From: Leucoraja ocellata
Taxonomy: Eukaryota
Direction of reading: 5' to 3'
Length of the DNA stretch: 64,000 nt
Assembly (NCBI GenBank): GCA_036785375.1
Contig: JAWMAR010000087.1
Coordinates: 3,720,001-3,784,000, forward strand
Shown here: piece after piece, positions 13,028 to 24,507 of the stretch
Position numbering within the stretch: the first letter of the stretch is position 1
Layout of the letters: each line of letters begins with the position of its first letter
Notes under the pieces: model-generated
What the model was told of the DNA's origin: nothing
Databases searched by the model: none
The model's input: only the letters and a program-made list of their open reading frames with translations
Translations under genes and position numbers: made by a program

Positions 13028-13777
13028 CTGGGGTCAGGAAGGAAACAAAAACTATGGTAAATACAAGCAACTAAGTCAACTCCTGCGCCCTTCAAAATGT
13101 TGGGGCAATGAAGATCATCGGTAGGGGCTGAAAAAAAGGGAGGGAGAGAGGATGGGTGGGGGGTGAGAAGGCAGGAACTGCAGTTGCTGGCTGAAGGGCC
13201 TGTTCTTATGCTGTACTGTTCTATGTTAAAACAAAGAGGAAGAGAGTCGAACACAACAGGGAGACACTTCTTATTTTGCCGACAGTTTGTGTGGTTGGAG
13301 TCAATGCACTGCCTGCACACCTGGAGGAGTTAGACAATAGACAATAGGTGCAGGAGTAGGCCATTCGGCCCTTCGAGCCAGCACTGCCATTCAATGTGAT
13401 CATGGCTGATCATCCCCAATCAGTACCCTGTTCCTGTCTTCTCCCCAGTTAAGTTTCACTGTGGCCTGCAAGGACCACCTAATATACGCTGAGAAATAAA
13501 AAAAATGCAAGGCTATGGAGAAGGCAGCCGATGGTTAGAAATTGTCAGTTGTTCTGGTAGAGAATCAACATCAACTTGATGGGCAGAGTCTGCGCTGCAT
13601 TCATTACTGTGGATTGGTTCAAAAGCATTGACTTGTTACTTTATTTCTCAAGGACATCAAGGAATTGGCAATAAATGTGAACCACTGCATGCCCAAATTA
13701 GATTGTGGAAAGGAATAAAGGACACTGTATATTCTACACAATCCATTTCAAGGTTACTATACAATTACTTTGGCTGC

Positions 13778-14075
13778 TCGGTGGCACAGTGGTAGAGTTG
13801 CTGCCTTACAGCACCAGAGACCCGGCGTCAGTGCAGGTGCTCGTCTGTACAGAGTTTGTCCGCTCTCCGTGTGACCTGCTTGGGTTTTCTTTGAGATCTT
13901 CGGTTTCCTCCCACACGCCAAAGACATACAGGTTTGTTGGTTAATTGGCAAGGTATAAATGTAAAATTATCCCTAGTGTGTGTAGGATAGTGTTAGTGTG
14001 CAGGGACCGCTGGTCAGTGCAGACACGGTGGGCTGAAGGGTCTGTTTTCACACTGTATCTCCAAAACTAAACTAA
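13778..14075 (+). mobile_element. tRNA-derived V-SINE-like element
   Basis: A-box-like ggtggcacagtggtagag head, central cctcccacacgccaaagac...ggttaattgg domain, CR1-like tail ending in (aacta)n. Confidence 0.8.
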
Positions 14076-14194
14076 ACTACAGAAGACAAGGAAGTAGCTG
14101 CGGGAAGAGATCATGCATTTCAGAGTTCGAGTCCATGATCCTAGAGGCACTTTACAGCACCCACTGCAGTGAACCCACTGAAGTTTAAACTCAC

Positions 14195-14384
14195 CTGCAT
14201 TGACTCTCAATTTCTTTGCCTTTTCCACCAGTTCGGGCAGCCAGCTTTTAGCTTCGCCGACCAGGACAGCAGTAGACAGAGCCATGCAACGCTGCCCAGC
14301 TGCACCAAACGCCGCGCCCACAAGCTGATTCAAAGTGTTCTCCTTGTTGGCATCAGGCATCACCACTCCGTGGTTCTTCGCACC
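14195..14384 (-). CDS. ALDH6A1: ALDH6A1 exon 8 (catalytic Cys)
   Basis: GAKNHGVVMPDANKENTLNQLVGAAFGAAGQRCMALSTAVLVG...LRVNA; 190 nt; the AGQRCMA motif carries the catalytic cysteine. Confidence 0.97.
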
Positions 14385-15229
14385 CTGAAAGGAATGGATT
14401 GAGAAAGCAAGAGCTAAAGTGAAGGTACCTTCTAGTAGTCTATGGATGGACACACAATACAGACATGAACAACAGAGCGCTTAATGTCAGACAGCAAGAT
14501 TCAAATCATACCAGTCATATTGAACCTGTGATGCACAATTTTAACAAATTAATTCCATCGAATGGGGACATTTATGAAACTCAACTCACTTGAGAAGTGT
14601 GCAATTCAGGCTAAATAGGCTGGGATGGTGCCGCCTGCACAAACTTTGCACGTTCTCCCTGTTGCCGCATGGGTTTCCTCCAGATGCTCCACTTTCAATA
14701 GACAACAGACAATAGGTGCAGGAGTAGGCCATTCAGTCCTTCAAGCCAGCACCGCCTCCTCCCAAAGACGTGCGGGTATGTAGGTTAATTGGCCTGAGTG
14801 TGTATGCAAACGTGGGACAACATACAACTAGCGTGAGGTCGGCCTGGGCCGAAGGGCCTGTTTCCGTGCAGTATCTCCAAACCACGTTTGAATATAGTTT
14901 GAACTTGACAACCAGCAAATGCTTCAAATTAAACCGTGCACTCTTCAAACAAAATAAAACAAACTATCTGTGCTCTTTGCTTCCCAAACCAAGTCTCACA
15001 TCAAATAACTAAGGAGAACTCGTTATATTATCAAAGAAAGATACAAAATGCTGGAGTAACTCAGCAGGACAAGCTGCATTTCTGGATAGAAGGAATAGGT
15101 GAGGTTTCGGATCGAGACCCTTCTTTGGACATAGATCAAACAGATAAATAAAAGGTCACCATGTCGCAAGTTACACCAAATTGCTGGTCAACTATGCAAG
15201 CTGCAGAAAGCCAAACTTACAATCCTATC

Positions 15230-15590
15230 ATAGAAACATAGAAATTAGGTGCAGGAGTAGGCCATTCGGCCCTTCGAGCCTGCACCGCCATTCAATATGA
15301 TCATGGCTGATCATCCAACTCAGTATCCCGTACCTGCCTTCTCTCCATACCCCTTGATCCCCTTAGCCACAAGGGCCACATCTAACTCCCTCTTAAATAT
15401 AGCCAATGAACTGGCCTCAACTACCCTCTGTGGCAGAGAGTTCCAGAGATTCACCACTCTCTGTGTGAAAAAAGTTCTTCTCATCTCGGTTTTAAAGGAT
15501 TTCCCCCTTATCCTTAAGCTGTGACCCCTTGTCCTGGACTTCCCTAACATCGGGAACAATCTTCCTGCATCTAGCCTGTCCAACCCCTAT
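15230..15590 (-). mobile_element. Young CR1 3' end
   Basis: ORF 15320-15583 is nearly identical to the C-terminus of ORF 9592-10176. Confidence 0.9.
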
Positions 15591-15708
15591 CAAGGTTGTT
15601 TAGGTGGGCATGAGTGCTGGGGAGTTGAGAATCTGTTCTCTACGTAACCCATTTGGATAATAACCAGAAGGAAAACACTGAGCAGCAGGAAAATGAAAGA
15701 ATATTCAC

Positions 15709-15830
15709 CATGTTGGACTGTACCCTCTTGCCGTTTTTGGAGCCTCTGGTGTAGATGTATTCTCCAGCCTGATTGGAGCCCACAAAGCTGATGGCTTTGA
15801 TAACCGGGTGGTCACAAATGAAGTTCACCG
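15709..15830 (-). CDS. ALDH6A1: ALDH6A1 exon 7
   Basis: (A)[40 protein letters not shown]; 122 nt. Confidence 0.97.
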
Positions 15831-16438
15831 CTGAAGAAATGAGAACAAAATTAACTACAGTAAACACTCGCAATAATGAGCCGCTATACAATAGATTTTG
15901 GTTATAGCAGAGTTAGGCTCCCGTTACATATGCTGAATGTGTACAATCTTACATCGAGTTTGCGTGGTGAATTGCAAGTGAACGTGTTATGCCTGTCGCC
16001 AAACTTATCGGAATTAGATCAGTAAAGACTCAATATGGCACTGAAGCTTGGTGACTCTACGCGTGTTGGTCAAGGAAGCGGATCTGCCCTCATTCATTAC
16101 AATTGCTTCACTCTTAAATCTTTATTTCAATCGTAGCATTTTGTTAACTTGGCTATTCCCGTATTTATTCCCTTTGTAAAGTTATTCCCTTTATCCTGTA
16201 TATGTATACTGTGGACGGCTTGACTATAATCATGTATAGTCTTTCTGTTGACAGGATAGCATACAACAAAAAGCTGTTCCTCAGTTCACGCGACAATAAT
16301 AAACTGAACTACAACTAAACATTAATCATCTGGAACTGCTAATATTCCAGTTACTTGATGCCATTACATCGCATTTGCAGAGCAATAAAACATTTAAGGA
16401 AGTCAAGGATTATTCACAGATATGCTGAAGGTCCTTAC

Positions 16439-16741
16439 CGTCGTGCTGACCATGGATGATATTAAGGGTTCCATCTGGGGCTCCTGCATCCTGCAATAAC
16501 TTGGCCAACATCATGGCAGCTCCAGGCACACGCTCAGAGGGCTTCAGCAGATAGGTGTTTCCACAGACCATGGCCATAGGGAACATCCAGAGAGGGATCA
16601 TGGCTGGAAAGTTAAAGGGAGTGATACCAGCACACACCCCCAACGGCAAGCGGTAATTGAAGACGTCCATGTCCTTGGCGATGCCAGGCAAAGTCTCACC
16701 TAGCAGGAGAGACGTGATACTGCAAGTGTGCTCAACTACCT
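16439..16741 (-). CDS. ALDH6A1: ALDH6A1 exon 6
   Basis: (Q)VVEHTCSITSLLLGETLPGIAKDMD...PLGVCAGITPFNFPAMIPLWMFP...KPSERVP...IIHGQHD; 303 nt. Confidence 0.97.
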
Positions 16742-16833
16742 CTGTGGGAAGGAAAACAAAGATTAAAAGTCTGGTCAGATGGACAAATACCTTCTCCCTA
16801 ATGCAGCTTTAAACATAACAAGAGATGAATTGG

Positions 16834-17878
16834 TCGGCACGGTGGCGCGCGGTAGAGTTGCTGCCTTGCAGCACCAGAGACCCTGGTTCGAACCTGACCA
16901 CGGGTGCTGTCTATACGGAATTTGTACGTTCTCCGTGACCTACGTGGGTTTTTTCCGGGTGCTCCGGTTTCCTCCCACACTCCAAAGACGTACAGGTTTG
17001 TAGTTTAACTGGCTTGGTGNNNNNNNNNNNNNNNNNNNNNNNNNNNNNNNNNNNNNNNNNNNNNNNNNNNNNNNNNNNNNNNNNNNNNNNNNNNNNNNNN
17101 NNNNNNNNNNNNNNNNNNNNNNNNNNNNNNNNNNNNNNNNNNNNNNNNNNNNNNNNNNNNNNNNNNNNNNNNNNNNNNNNNNNNNNNNNNNNNNNNNNNN
17201 NNNNNNNNNNNNNNNNNNNNNNNNNNNNNNNNNNNNNNNNNNNNNNNNNNNNNNNNNNNNNNNNNNNNNNNNNNNNNNNNNNNNNNNNNNNNNNNNNNNN
17301 NNNNNNNNNNNNNNNNNNNNNNNNNNNNNNNNNNNNNNNNNNNNNNNNNNNNNNNNNNNNNNNNNNNNNNNNNNNNNNNNNNNNNNNNNNNNNNNNNNNN
17401 NNNNNNNNNNNNNNNNNNNNNNNNNNNNNNNNNNNNNNNNNNNNNNNNNNNNNNNNNNNNNNNNNNNNNNNNNNNNNNNNNNNNNNNNNNNNNNNNNNNN
17501 NNNNNNNNNNNNNNNNNNNNNNNNNNNNNNNNNNNNNNNNNNNNNNNNNNNNNNNNNNNNNNNNNNNNNNNNNNNNNNNNNNNNNNNNNNNNNNNNNNNN
17601 NNNNNNNNNNNNNNNNNNNNNNNNNNNNNNNNNNNNNNNNNNNNNNNNNNNNNNNNNNNNNNNNNNNNNNNNNNNNNNNNNNNNNNNNNNNNNNNNNNNN
17701 NNNNNNNNNNNNNNNNNNNNNNNNNNNNNNNNNNNNNNNNNNNNNNNNNNNNNNNNNNNNNNNNNNNNNNNNNNNNNNNNNNNNNNNNNNNNNNNNNNNN
17801 NNNNNNNNNNNNNNNNNNNNNNNCTGACCCAGTGGGCCAAAGGGCCCGTTTCCGCTCTATATCTCTAAACTAAACTAT
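16834..17878 (+). mobile_element. V-SINE-like element spanning an assembly gap
   Basis: Head ggtggcgcgcggtagagttgctgcc...ggttcgaacc before the gap; tail gggccaaagggcccgtttcc...ctaaactaaac after it. Confidence 0.7.
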
Positions 17879-18304
17879 GCAAATTGCACTTTAGAAAATA
17901 TTCTTGGGAAAAGATGACAAACTAATATATGGAAAGAAACAAGGTCAAATGTTTTTTTTGTTGTCAAATCATGATTTGGAAACCAATATTAGAATGATTG
18001 TGAATTATTCAGAGATGATACTTAAAGAGAAAGTAGGGGAAGAAGGGTAGCAGGAAGGAGCAGGCAACGTAAGAAAATGAAAGATGGACCTAAGGGCTTT
18101 GATCGCCAATGCTAACCATTGAAGAACATCTATTCACGGTTAATAGAAATTCCACGAAGGTTAGCATTGATATGAGAAGTCCTTCAGCCCATCTCTTTCA
18201 TAATCTATAGTTATGAAAGTAACTATAGATTATAGTTATCTATAATTATGACAGCAAGGCAAATAAAAAGCATATATTTATTTAGGACTGTAGACATTAC
18301 TCAC

Positions 18305-18383
18305 GTAAGCCTCTGAAAACATCCCCTTCAGCATCAGCCAAGGTTTTTCCTTGTTCTGCTGTAATGAGCTTTGCTATTTCAGT
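18305..18383 (-). CDS. ALDH6A1: ALDH6A1 exon 5
   Basis: TEIAKLITAEQGKTLADAEGDVFRGL; 79 nt; cag/gtgag boundaries. Confidence 0.96.
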
Positions 18384-19924
18384 CTGTGATAAAATAAAGC
18401 AAGTCCCTTTTGAGTACACAGAGAAAGAAATATCACTATGTACACTGTGGCATTAACAATGATTATACCCAGGAGAAGTGAGCTTCAGTAAGGGTTTGAG
18501 CCCATGATTCTTAAACTCCTCTGAACTGGGATAGGAAGATTCCAAAAAAAAAACCCAGTAAGACAGCAGGAAGGAATAACGAGTGTGTGGCACCAATTTA
18601 ATCTAATGTTTTGAGCAGACTGACAAGATTGGGCTTCTATTCAAGTCGGGGATGAAAATTTCCAGATAGATACAAAATGATGGTTTACACCGAGGATAGG
18701 CACAAAATGCTGGAGTAACTCAGCGGGTCAAGGGGCATCTCTGGAGAAAAGGAAAAGACATTTCGGGCTGAGACCCTTCTTCGGGCTGAGAGTCTGAAAA
18801 GAGTAATGAAAGATACAGACGATGATATAGAGAGACATGGAATAAATTAATGAAAGATATGCAGTTACAAATGAATGAAAGATATGCAAAATGGACATGT
18901 TCTTTGTACAAGAAACTGGTTTAAAAGTATGCCGGGACCCCACTTAATATTTAAGCTTCTCTTTGGGTAACTAGTGCTAAATGATGCAGCTCTGAAAGGG
19001 GTAATTACATACAATCCCCTCATTGGTTAAACACAACAACACGGGCATGTTTGGCAAGCTGGTAACTTGGTAAGTATTGCCAATCACTGTTATTGTTTCC
19101 TAGTAGCTTTCAGTAAAAACGATCTCCTGGACAAAAGCACAAAAATGAAATCAACTCATGGCAGGTTGCAACGTATATTGTGCAATAATATGAGCGGCAC
19201 AGCACCACAGTTGGTAGAGCCGCTGCGTCACATGCCAGACACCCGAGTTTGATCCTGGCCTCGGCACGTTCCCGGTGACCACTTGGGTTTTCTCCGAGTG
19301 CTCTGGTTTGCTCCCACATCACCAAGACATGTGGGTTTGTAGGTTAATTGGCTTCTGTAAATTGTTCCTAGTGTGTAAGGAGAGGACACGAAAGTGGTAT
19401 AATGTACCGACGGGTGATCAATAGTCAGCAAAGACTTGGCAGGCCGAAGGGTTTGTTGTAATGAATCAAATTATTTTTTCTATTCAGTGGGTGGTGGGTA
19501 TATGGAATGAGCTGCCAGAGCAGGTAGTTGAGGCAAGTACTATAAAAGCATTTAAAAGACACTTGGACAGGTACATGTGTAGGAAAGGTTTAGAGGAGGG
19601 GAGGAGGGGAAGGGGGCGTTGGTGCTTACCCCGGAGGTAGGCGCCCCCCCAGAGCCAATCACCCCCATAAGGAACAAAATGCAATTCCTGGAGGGAATCA
19701 AGTGTCCTCACGAGGGGGGCTGGAGGCGTGCCTATTTCCATGCCGTATGACAATAATACGGGACACCTGACAGGACATCAGAAGACACAAAGGCCAGGAA
19801 GTTGAAGATAAGTAAGTCTGAAGTAACTCAGCTGGAGTAACTCAGCGGGATAGGCAGTATCTCTGGAGAGAAGGAACAAGTGACGTTTCGGGTCGAGACC
19901 CTTCATTAGACTCGAAGGAATGGT

Positions 19925-19952
19925 GACGTTTCGGGTCGAGACCCTTCTTCAG
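19925..19952 (-). ncRNA. Minimal type I hammerhead ribozyme motif
   Basis: Minus strand CUGAAGA-a-GGGUC(UC)GACCC-GAAA-CGUC; a tandem partner with core CUAAUGA lies at 19882-19909. Confidence 0.65.
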
Positions 19953-20062
19953 ACAAATAGGTCTGTTCGTTACTGACAGGATTCTTCATCTCATCCCCGT
20001 CCACCTCAATTAAGGTTACCTTGAAATTCAGCTCAGTAGCACGTCCGTCCCACTTGACTCAC

Positions 20063-20224
20063 CAGGTTTTCTTTGATCAGTTGTTGGTACTTTAGAAAGA
20101 CCTGCTGCCGAATCAGCACGGATGTCTCAGACCACGATGCAAAAGCCCGCTGACAGGAAAACGCCGCTGCAAGCATCTCCTCCTTGGTGGCCTTCGGGAC
20201 TTTGCCAATCACTTCATTTGTTGC
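20063..20224 (-). CDS. ALDH6A1: ALDH6A1 exon 4
   Basis: ATNEVIGKVPKATKEEMLAAAFSCQRAFASWSETSVLIRQQVFLKYQQLIKENL; 162 nt. Confidence 0.96.
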
Positions 20225-20783
20225 CTAGGAGTCGTAACACAAGTGTGGTTAGAAAATTAATAGATGCAATTATATAGAATCCTAGCAAGGCCATCTTGGC
20301 AACCAGGTCCGGACTCCCCACTTAAGGAAGTAAATCCAGGCCCACCATCGATTTCGAGCAACTGGTGGTCTGGCACCTCCTTAAATCCAGACAAAATTTC
20401 GAGAGCGCACTTGAAGTCCTCATCAGAAGTCTCCCTGAAAACGTGGCACCTGGACCAGATAAGGCATCCGATCACGAGCTCATTGGGATTTCCGCACCAA
20501 TTGGCGGGTTTAATTTGCCCCCTGTGGCCGGGGCTCTGGAACACCAGCCCAGCAAAAGCCGGCAAATCCGTCCCCATTGCTGACTTCTTCGACCGATTGG
20601 AGATTGGCATGAGAACTTGTCCCGTTAAATCTCTGAATTGTCAAATATTTTTTTACATTTCTCAAATGTAAAAACTTTGGCTGGCAGTTTGAGATCACAG
20701 ACCCAACAAAGCTGACAGCTTGAATGCAAATCCAGACAACAATGACTTGGTGGTAAAGCTGTAGCATATTCAGCAAAAAGTAA

Positions 20784-21208
20784 AGGGCCTGTCCCACTTA
20801 CGCGACCTTTACAGGCAACTGCCAGCACCCGTGATAGGTCGGCAAAATTTTCAATATGTTGAAAATTAAGCAGCGACTAGAAGGGTGCTACAACTCTTTG
20901 GAGACCTCTCACAACCATAGGAGACCTCTCACAACTATAGGAGACCTCTCACAACCATAGGAGACCTCTCACGCCCATACAGGCTGTATGGTTGTTAGAG
21001 GTCTCCGATGGTCGTGAGAGGTCACCCACAACATGTCGCCAGGGGTCGCCTGTATGGTCGTGAGAGGTCTCCTATGGTCCAGAGAGGTCTCCAAAGAGTT
21101 GTAGCGCCTTTCTGGTCGCCACTGAATTTTCAACATGTTGAAAATTTCGGCGACCTATCACAGGTGCCAGCAGTCGCCTGTAATGGTCACGTAAGTGGGA
21201 CAGGCCCT
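20784..21208. mobile_element. PIF/Harbinger-like MITE with long TIRs and TAA TSD
   Basis: TAA | AGGGCCTGTCCCACTTACG ... CGTAAGTGGGACAGGCCCT | TAA; about 150 bp of imperfect inverted arms; internal 20-bp repeat ggagacctctcacaaccata x4. Confidence 0.8.
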
Positions 21209-21542
21209 TAAGGATCAACTCAGAGAAACAAGGGAGATTTAACTAAACAAAAATGATACTGCCTACAAAATTCAAAATTAATTATATTTGCAGTTAAAAT
21301 TATGACTTTCAATATGCAATTAAGATTTCCTTTAAAAACTATAAATTGCTAGTTGAAAGCTTCACAGCGTATACACAATTCAAGGATGTCTTTTTCAAGC
21401 TAGACAGTATAATATAATACGTCAGCATAAAAACTCAACACAATCATTCCTTTGCTGATAAACTGTGTGGTTCTCCAGTTTAAATTCTTTCTGAATCAGT
21501 TATTTAAATTCCAAAATCAAAATTTAAAAAACAGATACTTAC

Positions 21543-21617
21543 AGGGTTGTGAATGTCCAGCCATTCAGAGGTATTTGATTCAATAAACTTTCCATCTATA
21601 AATAATTTTGTGGTTGG
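21543..21617 (-). CDS. ALDH6A1: ALDH6A1 exon 3
   Basis: PTTKLFIDGKFIESNTSEWLDIHNP; 75 nt; ttttgcag/gtaagt boundaries. Confidence 0.96.
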
Positions 21618-22189
21618 CTGCAAAACACAATGAGGTCTACGGTCAGCAATGCACACTAGATAATACACACTAACAGGCTGAAATTATTGCCGTAAAAATG
21701 ATGCAGAAAATTGGTTACAGAAGCTTCTTCACTGCAACAAGTTAAGTGTCCAGTTTAAAAATAACTTCTAATTTGTAAGAACATAAATTTGAAGTGAGGT
21801 ATACCACACCAAGGATGTTCTTTCTCATTACAAATCCTCAGCAGCCTATCTTCAGTTTCTTGGTGAATGAATGTTGCTCAAAAGTTATTTTTTCAGTTCA
21901 GAGCACACATGAAAGGTGCGTATGAAAATAATAAGATTATTATGATTGTGAGAATTGAAAAGAAAAGTACCAGCTAAAATTAAAAAGCTTTCATAGGCAC
22001 ATTAAACAGTTGGGATTGAGCTGGTAAGTTCATATATTCATAACCATAAGACATAGAAGGAGGAATTGGTCCATTTGACCCATCATGTCTACTCCAACAT
22101 TCGATCAAGGCTGAGCTACTTTTCCCTCTCAACCCCATCCTGTAACCTTTGAGATCCATACTTATCAAGAATATACAGAATATATATAG

Positions 22190-22540
22190 AATACAGAATA
22201 GCGAAAGGCTTGGATAGAGTGGATGTTTCCACTAGTGGGAGAGTCCAGGACTAGAGGCATAGCCTCGGAATTTCAAGGACTTTTTTTAGGAAGGAGATGA
22301 GGAGAAATTTGTTTAGTCAGAGGGTGGCAAATCTGTGGAATTCTTTGCCACAGAAGGCTGTAGGGGCCAAGTCAGTGGATATTTTTAAGGCAGAGATAGA
22401 TAGATTCTTGATTAGTATGCGTGTCAGAGGTTATGGGGAGAAAGCAGGAGAATGGGGTTAGATAGATCAGCTATTATTGAATGACGGAGTAGACTTGATG
22501 GGCCGAATGGCCTAATTCTAATTCTATTCCTTATGACCCT
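22190..22540 (+). mobile_element. CR1 3' fragment
   Basis: ggcttggatagagtggatg...tttccactagtgggagagtccaggactagagg...gggccgaatggcctaattct, the same family as the 7420-7790 copy. Confidence 0.8.
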
Positions 22541-23332
22541 ATCAATCTCTCCTTTAAAAATACGCAATCCACAGCCATCTGTGGCAATGAATTCCACAGA
22601 TTCACCACCGTCTGGCTAAAGGAGTGCCACAAATGCAGATCATTTGGCGACCCAGTAATCAACTTTCTTTGATAGACACATTATTCAAAGTGCTTTTGAA
22701 TTTCATCCAAGTTTCCTGCGCATCCAACTATTGGCCTGCAGATAAGGTGCTAGAACATGGCAGAAAGAAACAAAGAAAAATAACAGGTTACACCAGAATT
22801 CACTCAGTATTCCTTTCCTCCCGAGACGGTGGCTGTCATGCTGAGTTACTCTAGCATTTTGTGCCTTTCTTTTGTGTAAACCAGCATTTGCAGTTCCTTC
22901 CTACACATACTTCACTTAATATTTGTTCTCCTGGCAAACAGCACTTAGTAGCTTTTATTTTAATTGAAAACCAGCATCTGCAGCTCCTTGCGTCTACATA
23001 TTGAACCATTGCTAACCTGTTAACTGATTGACACAATAATCAGCAATTTAAAATAATGTTTATTTTCAATCAAAGCTCAGTCCTAAAGTGCAATGTTACA
23101 ATGTAATTAATTAGAGAGCTTAGTGTAACATTAACCGCTTGCACTCATACCTTAGTCATCACCAATGTATGTCAGGTGCTGAAACAATATTCACTTCAAA
23201 GGCAATGGTTAGCAATACATTTAAGTACAACATCTGACAAGCGAGGGTAAAACAATAAAAAAGTTAACATTAATACAAAGCCACTAGTTTCACTCAACAA
23301 GGAACACTCAGTCACATCCTATTTCAACTTAC

Positions 23333-23374
23333 CGGAGATGTTGAATAGCACATCCGTCCCAAAGGCATAATGAG
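23333..23374 (-). CDS. ALDH6A1: ALDH6A1 exon 2 (rest of the mitochondrial presequence)
   Basis: ctttttgtttcag | LIMPLGRMCYSTSP | gtaagt; 42 nt, phase 0/0; the R-x-x-Y-S pattern resembles a presequence cleavage site. Confidence 0.85.
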
Positions 23375-23589
23375 CTGAAACAAAAAGATTGAAAAGAACA
23401 TCACACAATGCATAACGCAACAAAGGCCTATCAGATACTCAACGCTTTAAATCTTATTTATATAGCACATTTTCAGTCAACTTGCATTGACCCCAAAGTG
23501 CTTCACATAATTACATTACATTACACACAGGCAAAGGTGGGTGAAGTGTCTTGCCCCAAGGACACAACAACAGTATGCACTCCAAGTAT

Positions 23590-24507
23590 TGTACTTCCGG
23601 TGGTGCTGGTGCCAGCAGCCTCCACCTACAGCCCGGTATCTTTTTGTTTTTTTGTTTATTTAGTTATGTTAAAGTGTGTTTTTTTGTGTTTTTTTTGTGT
23701 TTTTATGTGGGGGAAGAGGGCACGGTGCGGGGGATACCGTCCTTCAGCCGCTTCCTGGTGAGGACGCGACTATTATTCGAGTCGCGTCCTCGATCCCCCC
23801 CCCCTCCCCCCACAGCGGCCTACCTACCTGGATTGGCGCGGCCTTTCCTGCCGGGATCGACTGGAGCTCCAGCAGCGGCAGGACAGCGCTGAAACATCGC
23901 GGGGCTGGCGATGCCTTACCGGAGGTCGCCGTCTGGAGCCTGGAGTGCTGCACCTGCTGCACCAACATCCTGGAGCTGCGGTTTGCGGAGCTCCCAACGC
24001 GGGCGGCGCTGATGGACAGCGCGGGGTCCTGCGACTCTGCCCGGCTCGGCCTGTGGACTCAGGAGCTGCAGACTCCGGCAGCGGGAGGCGGCTGATCAGG
24101 AGGTCCGGGCCGCTGAGGAGGAGGATGCTCACCGTCGGGGTTCGGCGTCGGCGTTCCACCAGCCCGGCGTGAGGGCCTGAACATCGGGCCATCCGGGGCG
24201 GCGACTGCGGGTGCTCGGAAGGCCCCGACCACGGATGAACACGGAGGGGAGGCTGGCTGGACTATGGTGCCTTCCTCACCTTGGTGCCATTTATGTTATG
24301 TTGTGTCGTGGACTTTCTGTGTTTGTGATTTTTAAAATTTTTTAATTCAAGTTCAATTTTATTTTTAATATGTTTTATTATTTATTTATTATTTATTTTT
24401 ATTATTTTTTTGTGATTTTTATATGATACTGCCTGTAAGGGAAATTCATTTTGTTGTCTCAAATTGAGACAATGACAATAAATTTGAATACAATACGAAT
24501 ACAATAC
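23590..24507 (+). mobile_element. CpG-rich non-coding retro-element (divergent subfamily) inserted in an older SINE
   Basis: Same layout as 11882-12575: T-rich block, tatgtggggg, hairpin, gcggccta, GC-rich body, gacaataaa and an (aatac)n tail. The flanks 23445-23587 and 24508-24565 join into a minus-strand tRNA-like SINE. Confidence 0.6.

Noticed and set aside
13778-13850. tRNA-like heads here and at 16834, 30186 and 32985
   Set aside because: They are SINE heads with degenerate A/B boxes and continue into SINE bodies, so they are not tRNA genes.
16911-17868. 309-aa and 284-aa ORFs (also ORFs around 33.8-34.6, 42.4 and 45.7 kb)
   Set aside because: These are artefacts of translating N runs.
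20397-20426. CTGATGA...GAAA on the minus strand resembling a hammerhead core
   Set aside because: Stems I and II cannot be formed convincingly; likely chance.
23408-24192. Overlapping ORFs here and at 853-1239 and 11869-12556
   Set aside because: They reflect stop-poor GC-rich repeat sequence, and frames are not conserved between copies.
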